Assembly (NCBI GenBank): GCA_965223325.1
Contig: CBDCWI010000001.1
Location: 1,248,001-1,312,000, forward strand
DNA length: 64,000 nucleotides
Direction: 5' to 3'
From: Candidatus Multivoradales bacterium
GTDB taxonomy: Bacteria > Acidobacteriota > Thermoanaerobaculia > Multivoradales > Multivoraceae
Part shown: positions 30,772-39,957 of the stretch, in pieces
Layout of the letters: each line of letters starts with the position of its first letter
Position numbering within the stretch: position 1 is the first letter of the stretch
Position numbers and translations under genes: made by a program
Notes under the pieces: generated by a model
Told to the model about the DNA's origin: nothing
The model's input: only the letters and a program-made list of their open reading frames with translations
Database searches by the model: none

Positions 30772-30906
30772 GACCTGGGCTCTCTGTTCGTGCCCAGGCG
30801 AGGAGGCGATGTCCGCGCATCGTCGACGAGTCCTGGGTGCGGACAGAGAGCCCACAGGCTTCCAGGACCTGGGCCGCGCCCCTTGGGTTTGACGGCGTGG
30901 GCCCAC
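30772..30906 (+). other. Tandem double-hairpin structured element (candidate ncRNA or REP-like/MITE element)
   Basis: 23-bp stem 30776-30798/30832-30854 with only G-U non-canonical pairs; second hairpin 30870-30905; both begin GACCTGGGC and end GCCCAC. Confidence 0.5.
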
Positions 30907-31146
30907 CTGCGGCACGGCGCACGCTCGATGATGAACAACGCATCACTCTCGCGCACGGCGCACCACATCTGGACCCACGGCGCTCAAACTCAGCCACACG
31001 TCGCGCGTTCGAACTCGCACATCCACAGCAGATCGGTGCAGCGAACTGGACCGCTAGGACCGTTCCGGAACACCCCCTGGAACCCCCGCGAGACGCTCCT
31101 CCCACGACTCGGAGCCCGCAAACCCCCGAGAAACCTAGACGAATAG

Positions 31147-31159
31147 CAATTTTTCGATT
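31147..31159 (-). promoter_or_regulatory. Putative IHF binding site
   Basis: AATCGAAAAATTG on the minus strand, one mismatch to WATCAANNNNTTR, in an AT-rich patch just upstream of the sigma54 motif. Confidence 0.45.
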
Positions 31160-31181
31160 TCATGTAGTTAAACGAGGAATT

Positions 31182-31198
31182 CTGGCAAGGCGCTTGCA
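31182..31198 (+). promoter_or_regulatory. Putative sigma54 (RpoN) -24/-12 promoter
   Basis: CTGGCAAGGCGCTTGCA with exact GG-N10-GC spacing. Confidence 0.65.
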
Positions 31199-31432
31199 GT
31201 CTCTCAATCCTGAGGAACGGGACACTGATTGTGCCCCATGCCCTCGGGCCCACTTCGGGCCCGGCACTCTGCCCCGCTCCTCTTTCCTTCTCTCTTCTCT
31301 TCTTCTTGCCCATCGCTTCTTTTCGAAGAACACGCTGTCGCCCGTCCGGGGCGACAGCGGCCTCCTTCGTTTTCTTCCCGCAGTACGCTGACGACGGCCA
31401 GTCTCCAGCCGCGCAGCCAGAGGAGAGCCCTC

Positions 31433-31858
31433 ATGACCGACCACGCAACGCTGTCCGCCGAACGAGAACGGCGCGAATTTTCCCGCTACGAATCTTCATC
31501 GATTGAAAGCTCGATCGACTTCGACCAGCTGATCGAAGTCAACGTGCGTGACCTCAGTCGCGGCGGCATGGCCTTCGACACCGCTGAGCGCCCGGGAGTT
31601 GGCCGCAGCTACACCGTCCGTCTGCAACTTGGTCGCGAGAAGCTGACCGTGCGCGGTCGCGTCGTCTGGTCCCACATCGCCGCCACGACGGCCTCCAAAG
31701 ACGGCGACTGCGTCGCGGTCTACCGTGCCGGGATCCGCTTCGAGCCCGTGCTCGGTCCCGAGATGGAGGGCGTCCTGCAAAAGCTCGAACAGCAGGCCTT
31801 CATCACCCGCGGCGGCGCCTCGTCCGATAGCAAGGGCCGGCGCTCACGTTTCTCCTGA
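31433..31858 (+). CDS. Stand-alone PilZ domain protein (c-di-GMP receptor)
   Basis: RREFSR (RxxxR) and DLSRGG (DxSxxG), GRVVW, GIRF; AGGAG RBS. Confidence 0.85.
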   Translation: MTDHATLSAERERREFSRYESSSIESSIDFDQLIEVNVRDLSRGGMAFDTAERPGVGRSYTVRLQLGREKLTVRGRVVWSHIAATTASKDGDCVAVYRAGIRFEPVLGPEMEGVLQKLEQQAFITRGGASSDSKGRRSRFS

Positions 31859-32635
31859 GCGGCTCGGCTCCAGGCCGAAGACCCGCTCCGCATTCGCGGT
31901 TGTCACTCGAGCGGCCGTCTCGAGATCAATCTCCTTGAGCTGCGCCAACTTCTTCAGCGTGCGAACGACAAAGGCCGGCTCATTGATGCCCGAAGGACCT
32001 CCACGCGGTGTCAGGTACGGCGCGTCCGTTTCGACCAGGCACTGCTCGAGCGGAACCCTCCGCGCAGCCTCCTGCACATTCAGAGCCTTGCGATAGGTGA
32101 GGATTCCGGCAAACGAAATCGGCCAACCCCAATCAACGAAGGGGTGAATGTCGTCGGGCTCACCCCCGAAGCAGTGCACCACCGCGCGCAGACCACGCGC
32201 CGACGTTTCTAGAAGGGCCTCGGCTGCGGCGCTGTAGGCATCACGCAGGTGCAAGACGAGCGGCAGGTCCAAACGCAAAGCCAATCCGACATGGCGATCG
32301 AGAAAGTCGCGCTGCACGGCAGGCGGAGCGTCGTCCCAGTAGAAGTCGAGCCCGGACTCCCCAACCGCCACTACCGCTTCTTCCTGGACGAGACTCTCGA
32401 GATCCTGCCAATCGCCTGGATTCACCTTGTGGGTCTCGCAGGGGTGAACCCCAATGGCCGCATAGAGACCGTCTCTCTCGGAGACGAACTCGAGCACCTC
32501 ATGCCACCCTCGCCGGTTGGTGCCCACCACCACCGCCCGATCGACGCCTGCAGCCTGGGCGCGCTCCCAGGCAGCTTCGGCGTCTTCACCGAGCTTCCCG
32601 GACGTCAGGTGGCAATGGGTGTCAACGACTCGCAT
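31844..32635 (-). CDS. tatD: TatD family hydrolase/DNase
   Basis: DTHCHL, GVHP, GESGLD, LHLRDA, HCF, ETDAPYL. Confidence 0.92.
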   Translation of the reverse strand: MRVVDTHCHLTSGKLGEDAEAAWERAQAAGVDRAVVVGTNRRGWHEVLEFVSERDGLYAAIGVHPCETHKVNPGDWQDLESLVQEEAVVAVGESGLDFYWDDAPPAVQRDFLDRHVGLALRLDLPLVLHLRDAYSAAAEALLETSARGLRAVVHCFGGEPDDIHPFVDWGWPISFAGILTYRKALNVQEAARRVPLEQCLVETDAPYLTPRGGPSGINEPAFVVRTLKKLAQLKEIDLETAARVTTANAERVFGLEPSRSGET

Positions 32636-32784
32636 GAGGTCATGAGTCTATTCCTGGCCCCGGGCCTCACAGGCCTTTGATAGGCACCGTCCAGGGACTA
32701 GACTCCGACGGCAGGCGGAGAGGCCAAGGGCGCCACCGAACCCCGCTCGGACAGACACCATAGACCGAAAGGAAGCAAGCGAGC

Positions 32785-34203
32785 GTGTTGAAGCGTACCG
32801 GCGCGGCCGGCAGGTTGCGAGGGGTTCCGGGAAATCACTCGGTCGCGGCACGTTGGTTCTTCAGCCTGGTGATCGCTGCCCTGGCGGTTGCCAGCTGCGG
32901 CGGCGACCAGTCGAGCAAGCGCGCCGGGGAGCCAGACCAACGACCGACCCGGGCCGTTCTCATTGTCCTCGATACGGTGAGGGCAGATCGCTTATCGGCA
33001 TGCGGCCACTCCAGACCGACGTCGCCTTTCCTCGACGGGCTCTGGGAGAACGCCGACTACGCCACCTGTAACGCGTACTCGCCGGGCTCCTGGACCCTTC
33101 CGAGTCATGCCAGCTTCTTCACCGGTCTGCCTATCGAAGAGCACGGCGCGGTCTCGTCACCGTCAGGAGACAAGGGGTTCAGGTGGGGGGCTCGCTACGA
33201 CCCCCTGCGCGACGACTTCGAGACCCTCGCAGAGACCTTCGCACTGGCGGGGTTCCGTACGGTCCTGGTGAGCGCCAACCCGGTTGTCGGCCCTCCTTCA
33301 GGTCTGGCCCAGGGTTTCGAGCGCCAGGTCGTCGCCGAAGGATTCCTCAGCCTTCGGGGAGAGCGGCTGGCGGACGCCATCGACCGGGAACTCGAGGGCA
33401 TCGCGAGTACGGATGACCTTTTCCTGGTCGTCAACATAGCCGATGCCCACAATCCGTGGTCGAAGATACCGGTAGACCTCGGTTGGCTGGAGCCCGCACC
33501 GAGCCTCGGCATCCCAGCGGTGATCGACGCGTTTCGCATGCACGCCGAAGGGAGCCTGAGCGACGAACACTTCCAGAGGGCCAAACGGCACTACAGGGAC
33601 GTCTACGACTACGCAGTCTTCCGCGCCGACCAAACCCTGAGGGCGGTCTTCGAATCAATCGGCAAGGCCGGCGTCTTCACTGAGCACCACGACTGGCGAG
33701 TCGCCGTAACCTCCGACCACGGCGAGCTCTTGTTCGAGCACGACAACTTCGGCCACGGCGGTTCGCTCTGGGAGGGTGTCATGAGGGTCCCGCTGTTGTT
33801 CTTCTCCTCCCGCCCCGATGCGCCGCCGCAATACGCCGAGCCAGTGTCAGCGATCGAGGTGTATTCCTTCCTCCTCGGCCAGCGCCGAGAGCCAAGCCCG
33901 GTGACTGCAACTTCGAACTGGCGAACTCAAGTCATCGAACGCGGCGCCGATTACCCTCAGTTTCGCGAACGCTCCGCCGCCGTCTGGCTCGCCAATGGGC
34001 ACAAGGTCATCGAGACCAACGGCGTTCCGCGGCGCTACGACCTCGCGTCCGACCCCCTGGAGTCCCACCCCCTTCGCCAGGAAGTAGACGAACATGTCGA
34101 ACTGCTTCGGGCCATCCTGGCGCGGGCTGAGGAGACCCGCCAGTCTGGTGAGCACTCAGAGGACCTGCTGGAAAGCCTACGGGCGCTCGGCTACGTCGAC
34201 TAG
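32785..34203 (+). CDS. Sulfatase-like hydrolase/transferase, probable lipoprotein
   Basis: LDTVRADRL, SWTLPSHASFFTG, TSDHGE, GHG; lipobox AVASC; C-terminal LRALGYVD; start uncertain. Confidence 0.85.
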   Translation: MLKRTGAAGRLRGVPGNHSVAARWFFSLVIAALAVASCGGDQSSKRAGEPDQRPTRAVLIVLDTVRADRLSACGHSRPTSPFLDGLWENADYATCNAYSPGSWTLPSHASFFTGLPIEEHGAVSSPSGDKGFRWGARYDPLRDDFETLAETFALAGFRTVLVSANPVVGPPSGLAQGFERQVVAEGFLSLRGERLADAIDRELEGIASTDDLFLVVNIADAHNPWSKIPVDLGWLEPAPSLGIPAVIDAFRMHAEGSLSDEHFQRAKRHYRDVYDYAVFRADQTLRAVFESIGKAGVFTEHHDWRVAVTSDHGELLFEHDNFGHGGSLWEGVMRVPLLFFSSRPDAPPQYAEPVSAIEVYSFLLGQRREPSPVTATSNWRTQVIERGADYPQFRERSAAVWLANGHKVIETNGVPRRYDLASDPLESHPLRQEVDEHVELLRAILARAEETRQSGEHSEDLLESLRALGYVD

Positions 34204-34309
34204 CTCGCAGGTCGACTACCTGAGGCTTCGCCCTGGGTTGGAATCTGAATCCTCGCTACAGTTGGCGCGCTCGCCTGCTCGAACGCCGGCTGCGGACTCG
34301 CAGGCGGCG

Positions 34310-35083
34310 CTACCCCGCCTTGCGTTCGCGCTCGGCAGTGATCATCGGGCCGGTCAAACGGTCATGTGCATCGAGCGCCAGCCGGAGAATCGGTGCCGAC
34401 TGTTCGATGTCAGCCTTGTTGATGACCAGATCGATCTGGTGGCGGAAGGCCTGTTGACCGTCGAGGGAGGCGATGCTGTCGGCCACCATGACGATGAAAG
34501 TGCCGCGGCGCTTGGCGGGCGGCAGGACGTGCAAAGGGTTGAGGGTCGCCATGGCGTCTTTTCCGCCGCCCTCGACCCACACGATCAGCTCCGGCAGGAC
34601 GTCGTACTGTCCCAGTCGGTCCAATGACTCGAGTTCTGCGAGCTCAACGCCGTGCGGCTCGAGCGCCGCGATGAGCCGCGCGCAGCCTTCGGTGTCTTCC
34701 GCTACAACGACACCCGAGGGAAAAGTGCAGTCGGTCGGCAACTTGTAGCCCGGCGGCAGGAGGTCTGCCGGGGCGCTGGAGGTCGGCGGGTTGTCGACCG
34801 CAATGATCGGCCGCTCGAAGCCGTCGGCTGACTTCGAAGGGGCGGACTCTGGCGCCGCCGGTGCTGCGGGCCCGGGTACGGGCGCCTCTCCAGGCGCGGA
34901 GCCAGCCGGCGCCGGTGCAGCGGCCTGGCCGAGTTGCGCCAGTAGCCTGCTCTTCTCCACCGTCATGCGGGTCCCGCACTCGGGTGCCGGGCATTGCAGG
35001 GCGGCCGGCTGGTCGGGCAGTTTGTCGGTGTCGACCTGAACCGCCTGTTGGCAGCCGGGGCAACGCAGTTGGGCTAGAGGCAT
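34310..35083 (-). CDS. MJ0042-type zinc-ribbon protein with Pro/Ala linker and degenerate receiver-like domain
   Basis: CPGC...CPAPEC; C-terminal alpha/beta pattern VVVAED...PELIVWV...FIVMV...DLVINK; starts 10 bp after pilT stop. Confidence 0.7.
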   Translation of the reverse strand: MPLAQLRCPGCQQAVQVDTDKLPDQPAALQCPAPECGTRMTVEKSRLLAQLGQAAAPAPAGSAPGEAPVPGPAAPAAPESAPSKSADGFERPIIAVDNPPTSSAPADLLPPGYKLPTDCTFPSGVVVAEDTEGCARLIAALEPHGVELAELESLDRLGQYDVLPELIVWVEGGGKDAMATLNPLHVLPPAKRRGTFIVMVADSIASLDGQQAFRHQIDLVINKADIEQSAPILRLALDAHDRLTGPMITAERERKAG

Positions 35084-35092
35084 TGCACTCTC

Positions 35093-36241
35093 CTACTCGG
35101 CAAACGACTCGCGTTCGGCGAGCTCAAAGGTGTCTTCTTGACCCGCAGAGCCCATCACGTCGGCGATCTGCAGGCGCAGGTTGGTGGGATTGGTCGCATA
35201 GGCCATGGCAGTGTCGATAGGGAGTTCCCTGGCGCGGATCAGGCGCTCGAACTCGCCGTCGAAGGTCTGCATGCCGTCCAGGGCCCCGTCGTTCATCGCG
35301 TCGAGAATGCTGCGGCCTTCGGCTTCACCCTTGAGGATGTACTCGCGGGTGCGCTGGGTCGACTTCAAGATTTCGAGCACCGCAATGCGACCGCCACCAG
35401 GTTTGGGCAGCAGCCGCTGGGAGATGACGTAGCGGAAGGCGGCTGAGAAGCGCCGGCGTACGAAGGCCTCCTGCTCCTTGGGAAACACGCCGAGGATACG
35501 TTCGACGGTCTTGGCGGCGTCGATGGTATGCAGGGTCGAGAGCACGAGATGGCCGGTCTCTGCCGCCTCCATCGCAATCTCGATCGTCTCGACATCGCGC
35601 ATCTCACCGATGAGGATGACCTTGGGCGCCTGGCGAAGGGCGGCGCGCAGCGCCAGTCCGAACGTTGAGGTGTCGACGCCCACCTCGCGCTGGTTGACGG
35701 TGCCGCGCTTGTGCGGATGGAAGTACTCCACCGGGTCTTCCAGGGTGACGATGTGGTAACCCTTGTCCATGTTGATCTTGTTGATCACCGCGGCGAGGGT
35801 GGTCGACTTGCCGGAACCGGTGGGTCCGGTCACCAGAACGATGCCGTTCTTGAGCTCGGCGATGTTGTTGATTTCTCCGGGCAGCTTGAGCTGCTCGACC
35901 GTCGGAACTTCGTTGGGAATGACGCGCATGACGATCGCGTGTTTGCCGCGCTGTCTGAAAATGTTGACGCGGAAGCGGTTGCGGCCGGTGATCTCGTAGC
36001 CGGCATCGGTCGAACCGGTTTCCACCAGCGTGCGGATGCGCGGCACATCGCCGTCGAGAATGTGGAGGGCGATGGTCTCGGTGTGGAACGCCGAAAGCGG
36101 TCCGAAACCGAGGTCAACCTCCTGAAGGTAGCCGTCGACCTCCATCTGAGGCATCTTGCCGGCCGAGAAGTTGAGATCTGAAACGCGGTCTTCCGCGTCC
36201 AACATGGCGCACAGAAGCGCATCGAAGTCGAAGTTCCTCAT
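35093..36241 (-). CDS. pilT: Type IV pilus retraction ATPase PilT/PilU family
   Basis: RFRVNIFRQRG, GPTGSGKSTT, EDPVE, ALRQAP.VILIGEMRD, ETGHLVLSTLHT, GMQTFD. Confidence 0.93.
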   Translation of the reverse strand: MRNFDFDALLCAMLDAEDRVSDLNFSAGKMPQMEVDGYLQEVDLGFGPLSAFHTETIALHILDGDVPRIRTLVETGSTDAGYEITGRNRFRVNIFRQRGKHAIVMRVIPNEVPTVEQLKLPGEINNIAELKNGIVLVTGPTGSGKSTTLAAVINKINMDKGYHIVTLEDPVEYFHPHKRGTVNQREVGVDTSTFGLALRAALRQAPKVILIGEMRDVETIEIAMEAAETGHLVLSTLHTIDAAKTVERILGVFPKEQEAFVRRRFSAAFRYVISQRLLPKPGGGRIAVLEILKSTQRTREYILKGEAEGRSILDAMNDGALDGMQTFDGEFERLIRARELPIDTAMAYATNPTNLRLQIADVMGSAGQEDTFELAERESFAE

Positions 36242-36338
36242 AACGCCGAAACCCTAGCACAGCTCTTTTTTCTAGCAAAACTAGTTTCGGCCTGTATCGC
36301 AGCGTGACAAAGGGCCAGGGGCGCTATCGTCCACACGA

Positions 36339-38165
36339 ATGCCCGAACCCCGGAACCACTCCGTCTCGACGGTCGAGCCGCGCTCCTTTCTCGCAATTCC
36401 CGCGGTAGCCTCTCTGACCGGAGGCCTCGCTGGCCTGGCGATCGCGGTCCTCACTCTTCGCCTCAATCCTGGCGCCGATGCGAGCATCGGCGACTCGGCG
36501 GCGCTCTTGGTCTGGCTGGCGCTTCTCTACGCCGTCGCAGCGGGGCTCGTTGCTTCGACGGTCGCGCTCGTGGCGGGTTGGCTCGTCCGTTCAGGCCGCT
36601 GGCGCACCCGGGTGCGAGGGGCATTGCTCGCCTGGGCGCTGATGCTGCCGCTCTTCTGGGTCTTCAGCCTGCCCGAGGTCGCCGGGCCCTTTGGGCCTCT
36701 GCTCTGGGCCGCGGAGGTCATCGGCCTCGCCCCTCTCGGCTGGCTTTTTGCGGTGCGCCTTCCCCCTGGTTTTCGCCGGGTCTTGACTCGGGTGGCTCTC
36801 CTTGCAGGCACGGCAATCGCCCTGACCTTTGTGGGCCGGGGATTGATGAGTTCGCAAGGCCCTGTCCTGGCGGAGCAAGACCCGGCCTCCAGAGAGAAGG
36901 GATCCCCCGCCTGGCCAGCCCAGGACCGAAGCGATGAAACTCCGGTCGTTCTCCTGTGCGTCGACGGCATGGACCCACAACTGCTCGAAGTCATGATGCG
37001 TTCGGGCGACATGCCGACCTTTTCGCGCCTCCTGGCCGAAGGCGCCTACGGGCCGCTGGCGACGCTCGAACCCACCCTCTCCCCGGCCGTCTGGACGACG
37101 ATCGTCACCGGGATGGATCCCGAAGTTCATGGCATCGAAGGCTTCGTCACCTCGCGCTTCCCCTTCATGAACAACTCGGTGCGTCGCTTTCCCATGCGCA
37201 CCGGCCTGAACTTCGAGCTCTTCGAACGGCTCGAGAAACTGCCAGGAGTGCCACATCTGCGAGCGCCCGTGATCGGCACGCTGCGCCGCGAGCCGGCGCT
37301 GTGGAATATCGCCGAGCACTACGACCCGGTGGGTGTGTGGTCGTGGCGGGTCACCCAACCGGTGGAAACGCTACGTGGCTTCATGCTGGCGGCACCGGTG
37401 ACGCTCTCGGAAACGCGGGCGCCGGCGGCTTCCCGTCGTCATCCGCAGGACCTTCTGCGCGGCATCGAGCGTGCGCCACGCCCGCCGGACAACCCTGACT
37501 TGTCGGCCTACCTGGCACCGGGCCAGGAGGCCGCGACGCTCGATCCAGAGAGTGTCGAGCTGCGCACCATCAAGCGCTCACTGGCTCGCGGCACCGCCTG
37601 GACAGTTCCCCGATTGATGGCGAAGTACGAGGCGCGGCTGGTGGTCTCGGCGTTCTACTCCGTCGACGCGTTCAACCACCTGTTCGGTACCCAGCACCAC
37701 GCGGGGAGCGGACAGTTTGCACCGGCACTCGGCGAGCGCTACCGCACGGTCGATCGGCGCCTCGCGGAGTTCCTCGCTGGAATCAGAGGCCCGGTCAACC
37801 TGATTCTGCTTTCGGACCACGGCTACGACTTCGAGCGCGACAATCATTCTTTCGCACCGCCAGGCTTCTTCCTGGCGCATGGTCCAGGGTTTCAGCGCGG
37901 GCGCAAGGTCAACGACCTGTCGGTGCGCGACGTCACACCGATGATCCTCTACCTGCTCGGCCTGCCAACCGCGGCCGACATGCCCCACGGCGAAAGTGAC
38001 TCCTGGCAGGCGCCGCTCGACCCGGCGTGGCTTCTGAGCCACCCGCCTCGGGTCATCCCGTCGTGGAGCTGGGTTGAGACATCTCGCTCAGCTGAGAAGG
38101 CGTCGGATCGCGAACGCGAGGAGCAGGTGCTCGAGGAGCTGCGGACGCTGGGCTACATCGAGTAG
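36339..38165 (+). CDS. Membrane-anchored alkaline phosphatase superfamily (nucleotide pyrophosphatase/phosphodiesterase) protein
   Basis: N-terminal TM helices; VDGMD, PTLSPAVWTTIVTG..P..HGI, SDHGY; C-terminal LRTLGYIE. Confidence 0.85.
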   Translation: MPEPRNHSVSTVEPRSFLAIPAVASLTGGLAGLAIAVLTLRLNPGADASIGDSAALLVWLALLYAVAAGLVASTVALVAGWLVRSGRWRTRVRGALLAWALMLPLFWVFSLPEVAGPFGPLLWAAEVIGLAPLGWLFAVRLPPGFRRVLTRVALLAGTAIALTFVGRGLMSSQGPVLAEQDPASREKGSPAWPAQDRSDETPVVLLCVDGMDPQLLEVMMRSGDMPTFSRLLAEGAYGPLATLEPTLSPAVWTTIVTGMDPEVHGIEGFVTSRFPFMNNSVRRFPMRTGLNFELFERLEKLPGVPHLRAPVIGTLRREPALWNIAEHYDPVGVWSWRVTQPVETLRGFMLAAPVTLSETRAPAASRRHPQDLLRGIERAPRPPDNPDLSAYLAPGQEAATLDPESVELRTIKRSLARGTAWTVPRLMAKYEARLVVSAFYSVDAFNHLFGTQHHAGSGQFAPALGERYRTVDRRLAEFLAGIRGPVNLILLSDHGYDFERDNHSFAPPGFFLAHGPGFQRGRKVNDLSVRDVTPMILYLLGLPTAADMPHGESDSWQAPLDPAWLLSHPPRVIPSWSWVETSRSAEKASDREREEQVLEELRTLGYIE

Positions 38166-38247
38166 GCCGCCAGAGCCCCACACACCCGAGGCCCTCGTGA
38201 CAAGAGTAGGCAACCGAGCGATTCCGCTATAGCATCAAAAGCTACCC

Positions 38248-39957
38248 ATGCAAGTCATCAAGAGTCCCGAGGTCTACGACGTCGTCGTGGTCGGGTCGGG
38301 TGCGGGCGGCGGGACGACAGTCCAGGTCCTCACCCAGCTCGGCGTTCGCGTGCTGCTGCTTGAAGCCGGCGGCATGATCGACCCCCGCACCGACTTCAAA
38401 GAACATGTCTGGCCCTATGAGGTCGACCACCGCGGCGCCCACCCCGATGGCTCGCTCTACTTCGGTGAAGCACCCTATAGTTACTTCGCAGCGCCCAACG
38501 GTTTCTGGGACATCGAAGAAGAGCCCTTCACCATTGCGCCGGGCAGCGACTTCCGCTGGTTTCGCTCACGCGTCATTGGTGGGCGCACCAATCACTGGGG
38601 CCGCATCTCGCTGCGCTTTTCGGACTACGACTTCGCGCCCTGGTCGACCGACGGCCTCGGCTACGACTGGCCGATCTCCTATGAGGACGTCGCGCCCTAC
38701 TACGAGAAGGTCGAGCGCTTCATTGGCATGACCGGTTCGAAAGAGGGCCTACGCACCGCCCCGGACGGAGTTTTCCAGAAGCCGCCGGCTCCCAAGGTCC
38801 ACGAGCTGTTGATCAAACAAGCCTGTGATCGGTTGGGCATTCCCTGCATTCCGAATCGCCGCGCCGTCATCACCGAGCGCACCAACGGGCGCGCCGCCTG
38901 CCACTACTGCGGCCAGTGCGGGCGTGGTTGCAAGAGCGCCTCGAACTACTCGTCGTCAAACGTCCAGATCCTCCCGGCACTCGAAACCGGCAAACTCGAC
39001 ATCATCACCAACGCCATGGTGCGCGAGGTCATCGCCGACGACAACGCCCGAGTCAAAGCGGTGTCCTACATCGACAAGACCACCCGTACTGAGCAGCAGG
39101 TCCGGGCGCGTTCTGTCGTGTTGGCTGCCAGCGCCTGTGAAACAGCGCGCATTCTCCTGAACTCCAAATCGCCAGACTTTCCACGCGGTCTCGCCAACAA
39201 CTCTGGCGTCGTGGGGCGGTCGCTGATGGATACCGTCGGCTATGAGCTCTGGGCGCATGTCCCGTATCTTGAAGGCATGCCGCGCTACAACTCGGACGGC
39301 GCCGGCGGCGCGCACCTCTACATGCCGTGGTGGGAGTTCGACAAACCCAACAAGGACTTCCCACGCGGGTACCACATCGAGATCAGCGGCGGCTACGGCA
39401 TGCCGGGCCTCGGAAGTATGCAGGGCATCGCGCGTCGGCACGGTGGTTACGGCGCCGACCTCAAATCAGAGATCCGTCAGAAGTACGGCACTTTCATCAA
39501 TCTCGCCGGCCGCGGCGAAATGATCCCCAACCTGGGTTCGTACTGTGAGATCGACCCTGACACCACAGATGCGTGGGGCATTCCGGTTCTTCGCTTCCAC
39601 TGGCGCTGGAGCGACCACGAGTGGAAGCAGGCGCGCCACATGGAACGAACCTTTCGTGCCATCTACGCCGAAATGGGGGCCGAGGTCGGTGGCATCTCGA
39701 ACCCTGGCCGCGACGGCAAGGGCATCTCGGTGGGAGGTTCGATCATTCACGAGCTCGGCACCGTGCGCATGGGCGACGACCCGCGCTCGTCGGCGCTCAA
39801 CGGCTGGTCGCAAGCGCACGAGGTACCGAACCTTTTCGTCGCCGACGCTGCACCCTTCGTCAGTTGCCCCGATAAGAACCCGACGCTCACCATCCAGGCG
39901 CTCGCGTGGCGCACCGCCGAATACCTTGCCGAACAGTTGAGGACCCGCAATGTCTGA
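38248..39957 (+). CDS. GMC family flavoprotein oxidoreductase, large subunit
   Basis: GSGAGG FAD motif, GGRTNHWGR, CHYCGQCGRGC, HELGT.RMG, NPTLTI.ALA. Confidence 0.93.
   Translation: MQVIKSPEVYDVVVVGSGAGGGTTVQVLTQLGVRVLLLEAGGMIDPRTDFKEHVWPYEVDHRGAHPDGSLYFGEAPYSYFAAPNGFWDIEEEPFTIAPGSDFRWFRSRVIGGRTNHWGRISLRFSDYDFAPWSTDGLGYDWPISYEDVAPYYEKVERFIGMTGSKEGLRTAPDGVFQKPPAPKVHELLIKQACDRLGIPCIPNRRAVITERTNGRAACHYCGQCGRGCKSASNYSSSNVQILPALETGKLDIITNAMVREVIADDNARVKAVSYIDKTTRTEQQVRARSVVLAASACETARILLNSKSPDFPRGLANNSGVVGRSLMDTVGYELWAHVPYLEGMPRYNSDGAGGAHLYMPWWEFDKPNKDFPRGYHIEISGGYGMPGLGSMQGIARRHGGYGADLKSEIRQKYGTFINLAGRGEMIPNLGSYCEIDPDTTDAWGIPVLRFHWRWSDHEWKQARHMERTFRAIYAEMGAEVGGISNPGRDGKGISVGGSIIHELGTVRMGDDPRSSALNGWSQAHEVPNLFVADAAPFVSCPDKNPTLTIQALAWRTAEYLAEQLRTRNV

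Noticed and set aside
30726-31430. Small ORFs in the M42-PilZ intergenic region
   Set aside because: Mutually overlapping, with no convincing RBS or motifs; better explained as regulatory or structured DNA
32644-32705. Interrupted inverted repeat upstream of tatD (GAGTCTA-TTCCTGG / CCAGGGA-C-TAGACTC)
   Set aside because: Real but short and single-copy; no basis for assigning a function
32758-32782. SRP RNA-like CCGAAAGGAAGCA motif
   Set aside because: The 5' side lacks the conserved CAGG of the SRP symmetric loop and no long flanking stem was seen
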